Source: Squalus acanthias
Taxonomy: Eukaryota
Assembly (NCBI GenBank): GCA_030390025.1
Contig: CM059431.1
Span: 132,434,001 to 132,498,000 of the forward strand
Direction of reading: 5' to 3'
Length of the DNA: 64,000 nucleotides
The first letter of the stretch is position 1; each line of letters starts with the position of its first letter. The position numbers and the translations under genes were made by a program. The notes under the pieces were generated by a model. It did not search any database, was not told the origin of the DNA, and saw nothing but the letters and a program-made list of their open reading frames with translations. This document shows, piece after piece, positions 58,495 through 64,000 of the stretch.

Positions 58495-61374
58495 TTATAC
58501 AGCACAGAAAGAGGCCCTTCGGCCCATCGTGTCCGCACCAGCCATCAAGCCCTGTCTATTCCAATCCCATTTTCCAGCACTTGGTCCGTAGCCTTGTATG
58601 CTATGGCGTTTCAAGTGCTCATCTAAATGCTTCTTGAATGTTGTGAGGGTTCCTGCCTCTACCACCCTTTCAGGCAGTGAGTTCCAGATTCCAACCACCC
58701 TCTGGGTGAAAAAGTTTTTCCTCAAATCCCCTCTAAACCTCCTGCCCCTTACCTTGAAACTATGCCCCCTGGTTATTGACCCCTCTACTAAGGGGAAAAG
58801 TTCCTTTCTATCTACCCTATCTATGCCCCTCATAATTTTGTACACCTCAATCAGGTCCCCTCTCAGCCTTCTCTGCTCTAAGGAAAATAACCCCAGCCTG
58901 TCCAGTCTCTCTTCATAGCTGAAGCACTGCAGCCCAGGTAACATCCTGGTGAATCTCCTCTGCACCCTCTCCAATGCAATCACATCCTTCCTATAGTGTG
59001 GCGACCAGAACTGCACACAGTATTCCAGCTGTGGCCTAACTAGCGTTTTGTACAGCTCCATCATAACCTCCCTGCTCTTATATTCTATGCCTCAGCTAAT
59101 GAAGGCAAGTATCCCATATGCCTTTTTAACCACCTTATCTACCTGTCCTGCTGCCTTTAGGGATCTATGTACATGCACACCAAGATCCCTCTGATCCTCT
59201 GTCCTTCCTAGGGTCCTACCATTCATTGTGTATTCCCTTGCCTTGTTAGTCCTCCCAAAATGCATCACCTCACACTTTTCAGGGTTAAATTCCATTTGCC
59301 ACTGTTCTGCCCATCTGACCAACCCGTCTATATCGTCATGTAGCCTGAGGCTTCCCTCCTCGCTATTTACCACCCCACCAATTTTCGTGTCATCTGCGAA
59401 CTTACTGATCATACCTCCTCCATTCATATCTAAATCATTAATGTACACTACAAACAGCAAAGGACCCAGCACCGATCCTTGCGGTACACCACTGGACACA
59501 GGCTTCCAGTCACAAAAACATCCTTCGACCATCACCCTCTGCCTCCTGCCACTAAGCCAATTTTGGATCCAATGTGCCAAGTTGCCCTGGATCCCATGGG
59601 CTCTTACCTTCTTGACCAGTCTCCCATGCGGGACTTTGTCAAAAGCCTTACTGAAGTCCATGTAGACCACATCAACTGCACTACCCTCATCCACACACCC
59701 AGTCACCCCCTCGAAAAATTTAATCAAATTGGTCAGACATGATCTCCCCCTGACAAAGCCATGCTGGCTATCCTTGATTAATCCTTGCCTCTCCAAGTGG
59801 AGACTAATTCTGTCCCTCAGAATTTTTTCCAATAATTTCCCTACCACTGATGTTAGGCTCACTGGCCTATAATTCCCTGGTTTATCCCTACTACCCTTCT
59901 TGAATAATGGTACTATGTTAGCTGTTCTCCAGTCCTCTGGCACCTCCCCTGTGGCCAGAGATGTTCTGAAAAATTTGTGTCAGAGCCCCTGCAATCTCCT
60001 CCCTTGCCTCACACAGCAGCCTGGGATACATCTCGTCTGGGCCTGGGGATTTATCCACTTTTAAGCCCGCTAAAACCGCTAGTACCTCCTCCCTCTCAAT
60101 ACTAATTTGTTCAAGTATATCACAATCCCCCTGTCTGATTTCTATGCCTACATCGTCCTTCTCCATAGTGAACACAGATGCAAAATATTCATTTAAAACC
60201 CCACCTACATCTTCTGGCACTACACACAGATTGCCACTTTGGTCCCTAATGGGCCCTACTCTTTCCCTGGTTATCCTCTTGCCCTTAATATATTTATAAA
60301 ACACCTTGGGATTTTCCTTTATTTTGCCCGCCAGTGTTATTTCATGCCCCCTCTTCGCTCTCCTAATTTCTTTTTTAAGTACCCCCCTGCACTCTCTGTA
60401 CTCCTCTAGGGCTTCCACTGTTTTTAGTCCTTTGTATCTGCGAAAAGCCTCCCTTTTTTTCCTAATCCATTCTCGTATATTCCTTGACATCCAGGGTTCC
60501 CTGGGCTTGTTGGTCCCACCCTTGACCTTTACGGGAACATGTTGGCATTGTACTCTCTCTATTTCCTTTCTGAAAGACTCCCACTGCTCTGATGTGGATT
60601 TTCCTACAAGTAGCTGATCCCAGTCCACTTTGGCCAGATCCTGCCTTATCATATTAAAGTCGGCCTTCCCCCAATTTAGAACCTTTATTTCCGGTCCATC
60701 TTTGTCCTTTTCCATGACTACCTTAAATCTCACCGAATTATGGTCACTGTCACCAAAATGCTCTCCTACTGACACTTCTACCACTTGCCCAGTTACATTC
60801 CCTAGAATTAGGTCCAGTACCGCCCCCTCTCTTGTAGGACTTTCTACATGCTGGCTCAAAAAGCTCTCCTGGATGCACTTTAAGAATTCCGCACCCTCTA
60901 AGCCTTTCACACTCTGACTATCCCAGTTAATATTGGGGAAGTTGAAATCCCCTACTATTATTACTCTATTATTTCTACACTTCTCTGAGATTTGCCTACA
61001 TATCTGTTCCTCTATCTCCCCCTGACTGTTTGGGGGCCTATAGTACACTCCCAGCAAAGTGCTTGCCCCTTTTTGTTTTTAAGTTCTACCCATATGGCCT
61101 CATTAGAGGAATCTGCTAAGATATCATCCCTCCTTACAGCAGCAATTGACTCCTTGATTAATATTGCGACACCCCCGCCTCTTTTACATCCCCCTCTGTC
61201 TCGCCTGAAGATTCTATACCCTGGAATATTGAGCTGCCAGTCCTGCCCCTCCCTCAACCATGTCTCTGTGATAGCAACAATATCATACTCCCATGTGTTC
61301 ATCAACACCTTCAATTCATCTGCCTTACTCGCAAGACTCCTTGCATTAAAATAAATGCCGTCCAGCCTTGCCAT
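58495..61374 (-). pseudogene. CR1 ORF2 (APE endonuclease plus reverse transcriptase), frameshifted
   Basis: YFNARSL, ITETWL, YYRPP, GDFN, SDHN, then RT motifs including FADDTK. Confidence 0.92.
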
Positions 61375-61498
61375 ACTCCCTTGTGCCGTTACATATTTGC
61401 TCTGACTTCCAGGTTGACTTGTTTTTTCCTCTATATTTGGCTGTGCATCACCCCCTACTATAGCTCCACTCTGTATCCCATCCCCCTGCCAAGTTAGT

Positions 61499-62449
61499 TT
61501 AAACCCCCCCCCCCACAACAGTACTAGCAAACCTCCCCGCAAGGATGTTGGTCCCGTTCCGGTTCAGGTGCAACCCGTTCGACTTGTCCAGGTCCCACCT
61601 TCCCCAGAAGCAGACCCAGTGATCCAGGAAACTAAAGCCCTCCCTCCTGCACCAACTCTTTAGCCACGCATTCATCTGCTCTATCCTCCTATTCCTATAC
61701 TCACTAGCATGTGGCACCGGGAGTAATCCAGAGATTACAACCTTTGAGGTCCTGCTTTTTAATCTGCTACCTAGCTCCCTAAATTCTTGTTGCAGGACCT
61801 CATCCCTCTTTCTACCCATGTCGTTGGTACCAATGTGAACCACGACCTCTGACTGTTCGCCCTCCCCCTTCAGAATGCCCTGCAGCCGTTCAGTGACATC
61901 CTTGACCCTGGCACCAGGGAGGCAACATACCATCTTGGAGTCACGTCTGCAGCCACAGAAACGTCTATCTGTTCCCCTTACGATAGAATCCCCTATCACT
62001 ATTGCTCTCCCACTCTTTTTCCTCCCCTCCTGTGCAGCTGAGCCACTCGTAGTGCCACGGACTTGGCTCTTGCTGCATTCCCCTGAGAAACCATCTCCCC
62101 CATCAGTATCCAAAACGGAAAATCTGTCGGAGAGAGAGATGGACCCAGCGGACTTCTGCACTACCTTCCTAGTTCTTTTACTCTGTCTGGTGGTCACCCA
62201 TTCCCTGTCTGCCTGTGCACTCTTTACCTGCGGTGTGACCAACTTGTTAAATGTGCTAGCCAAGAAGATCTCAGCTTCACAGATGCTCCACAGTGACTCC
62301 AGCCGCAGCTCCAGCTCCGAAACATTGATTTCGAGTAGCTGCAGCTGGAGACACTTCCTGCACATGTGTTCGCCCTGGACACCTAAAGTGTCCCTGACTT
62401 CCAACATAGCACAGGAGGAGCACTCCACACTGTCGAGCTGCCCTGCCAT
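61499..62449 (-). CDS. CR1 ORF1 protein: CxxC/CxxC zinc finger, leucine zipper, SGNH esterase domain
   Basis: CSSC...CRKC, heptad Leu repeat, IGDSIVRG, HIGTND, GLHLN. Confidence 0.88.
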   Translation of the reverse strand: MAGQLDSVECSSCAMLEVRDTLGVQGEHMCRKCLQLQLLEINVSELELRLESLWSICEAEIFLASTFNKLVTPQVKSAQADREWVTTRQSKRTRKVVQKSAGSISLSDRFSVLDTDGGDGFSGECSKSQVRGTTSGSAAQEGRKKSGRAIVIGDSIVRGTDRRFCGCRRDSKMVCCLPGARVKDVTERLQGILKGEGEQSEVVVHIGTNDMGRKRDEVLQQEFRELGSRLKSRTSKVVISGLLPVPHASEYRNRRIEQMNAWLKSWCRREGFSFLDHWVCFWGRWDLDKSNGLHLNRNGTNILAGRFASTVVGGGV

Positions 62450-62771
62450 GTCCTACCATTAATTTACTCCTTTTAAATTAAAGAATATTAAATACACTAG
62501 GGACCTTACTTCCCTTTAAACACTACTTACTCTAAACTAGAGACCTTACTTTTACTTTAATGACTGGAATGTAGAAATACTGTAGAAATACTCACCGCTG
62601 GTTCTCTGTCCCCTCTTGTGCAGCTTTTTAGCTCCTGCTCTCCTGGAAGCTGACAAAGATGGAAAAAGAAAGGAACACCTCACTCCCCAAACTCACAGTT
62701 TAACACTCTGTTCCAATCTGCTCATTTGAAATTGGGCCTTGGGCCTCATCTGAATAATATCAGTGAGCTGC

Positions 62772-62950
62772 ATAGGAACATAGGAACAGGAGTACTCCAT
62801 TCAGCCACTCAAGCCTGCTCTGCTATTCAATTAGATCATGGCTGATCTGTACCTCAACTCCATTTATCTGCCTTAGCTCCATATCCCTTGATACCCTTAC
62901 CTAACAAAAATCTATTTATCTAAGTCCTGAAAGCTCTAATTGTCCTACCA
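62772..62950 (-). mobile_element. CR1 3' UTR fragment
   Basis: (CATAGGAA)n tail and CR1 3' stem-loop sequence on the minus strand. Confidence 0.8.
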
Positions 62951-64000
62951 TCCACATCGCTTTATTTCGCGGAAGCTACTGAGAAAACAGCAAAGCATGT
63001 CCAGCTCAGTTTATGACCAATTTCAGAGAAGGATCCTCAAACAGGCACTAACCCCCTCATTAGCATATGCAAGTGGCCTAACACCTGTTCCAGGCAGACG
63101 CCAGGAATGCTTGAGTATTGCCCGAGCAAACATGACCGGCATTTTTCAGGCACCTTTGGGGCGTGAGACATATCCTGGCAAAATTGGATCTTTTTGGTCC
63201 TGTTTGGTACCTGAAAACAGGTGAAACAAGGTTCAATTTCACCCCCAGTTTTTTTAATTTAAAACTTTGTAAGTAGCTGAAATTACTAATGTCATCTGTT
63301 AAATAAATAGTTTTTAAAAATCTGTAACTTGGAATGTTCCTGAAAATTGAACACAGTAGCTGAGTTTGTCCAGAACTCAAGCAGTTTACTGCAAGTGATC
63401 AAGTTCAGCATAGTAGGATTTGAAATTCAGGTCATGCCAAAGGTTGCCCAATTTTTCAGAGGCCAGCAGACCCTTCCCTCCCACTTGTGGACCATGAGGC
63501 CTGCCGGCAATGTTCCCTTTAAGCTGCCTGGCCGCGCGGCAATCTGCAGGTCCCGCGCAGCCGGCTCAACAGCGTTCTAATGGAAAAAAACACAGTAATT
63601 TGAATGGGCCGCGCAACCTCTTAAAGGGGCCACACAGCCCAAAAAAATTAGCCGGCCAGTTAAAATCACCGTGGCCTCATACTGTCACGGGTGGGCAGGA
63701 AACTAATTGAAACTAGTGGTTTCCTGCCAAAAAAAACATTGCCAGTTAAACACCAACGCCCCCCACCACCCCGCCCCCAACCGCACCTATTTACTGATCT
63801 GGATTTTTAAAAGAAATGGAGTTGAAGCGAGATAGAAATAGAGACATACACTTATTTACACTTGTCCTCAGAAACAAGAGGCACAATGAAAACCAGATGA
63901 ATATTAACTATATTAACTAGTAGTAATGGAGTCCATAGACCTTGTTGGATAAGCATAGTAAATACGTACAAATAAGGTTCAGTGCATAAACATTTATGTG

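Larger units (their letters stand above)
58478..62720 (-). mobile_element. Near full-length CR1 LINE (5' UTR, ORF1, ORF2 with a few frameshifts, tail)
   Basis: ORF1 61499-62449. ORF2 pieces 61012-61374, 59918-61057, 59092-59943 and 58495-59064. (CTCTATGA)n tail. Confidence 0.95.

Noticed and set aside
61875..62462. Long antisense ORFs over CR1 (also 16522-17010 and 59228-59665)
   Set aside because: Shadow frames of LINE coding sequence.
1..64000. CRISPR arrays, operons, prokaryotic defence systems, rRNA
   Set aside because: None seen. The sequence is vertebrate repeat-rich DNA with spliceosomal introns.

Overview
Eukaryotic, non-genic or intronic DNA made almost entirely of nested transposable elements. 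The repeat repertoire (CR1 LINEs with ATTCTATG/ATAGAATC-type tails, an L2, Deu-type SINEs, Penelope-like hammerhead ends, many PIF/Harbinger elements) points to a cartilaginous fish, probably a shark; this is an inference. Contents: the 5' LTR and tRNA-Ser primer-binding site of an LTR retroelement; about 10 Harbinger elements (DDE transposase plus spliced Myb/SANT gene) and their MITEs with 3-bp TSDs; more than 12 canonical CR1 copies, one near full length with an esterase ORF1; and two weak candidate host exons. The most striking signal is a second, CR1-group LINE family with 7 copies. Its full-length copy (36568-39604, minus) begins with a tRNA-Thr-like SINE head and has no ORF1. It has a single ORF (Arg-rich leader, APE, RT). 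Its sense strand almost lacks TTTT runs, the Pol III terminator, whereas neighbouring CR1s have many. Together this suggests an autonomous, protein-coding retrotransposon transcribed by RNA polymerase III. A SINE built from this LINE's 5' and 3' ends also lies in the window (3360-3665). Coordinates were read by eye; element edges without TSDs are approximate.
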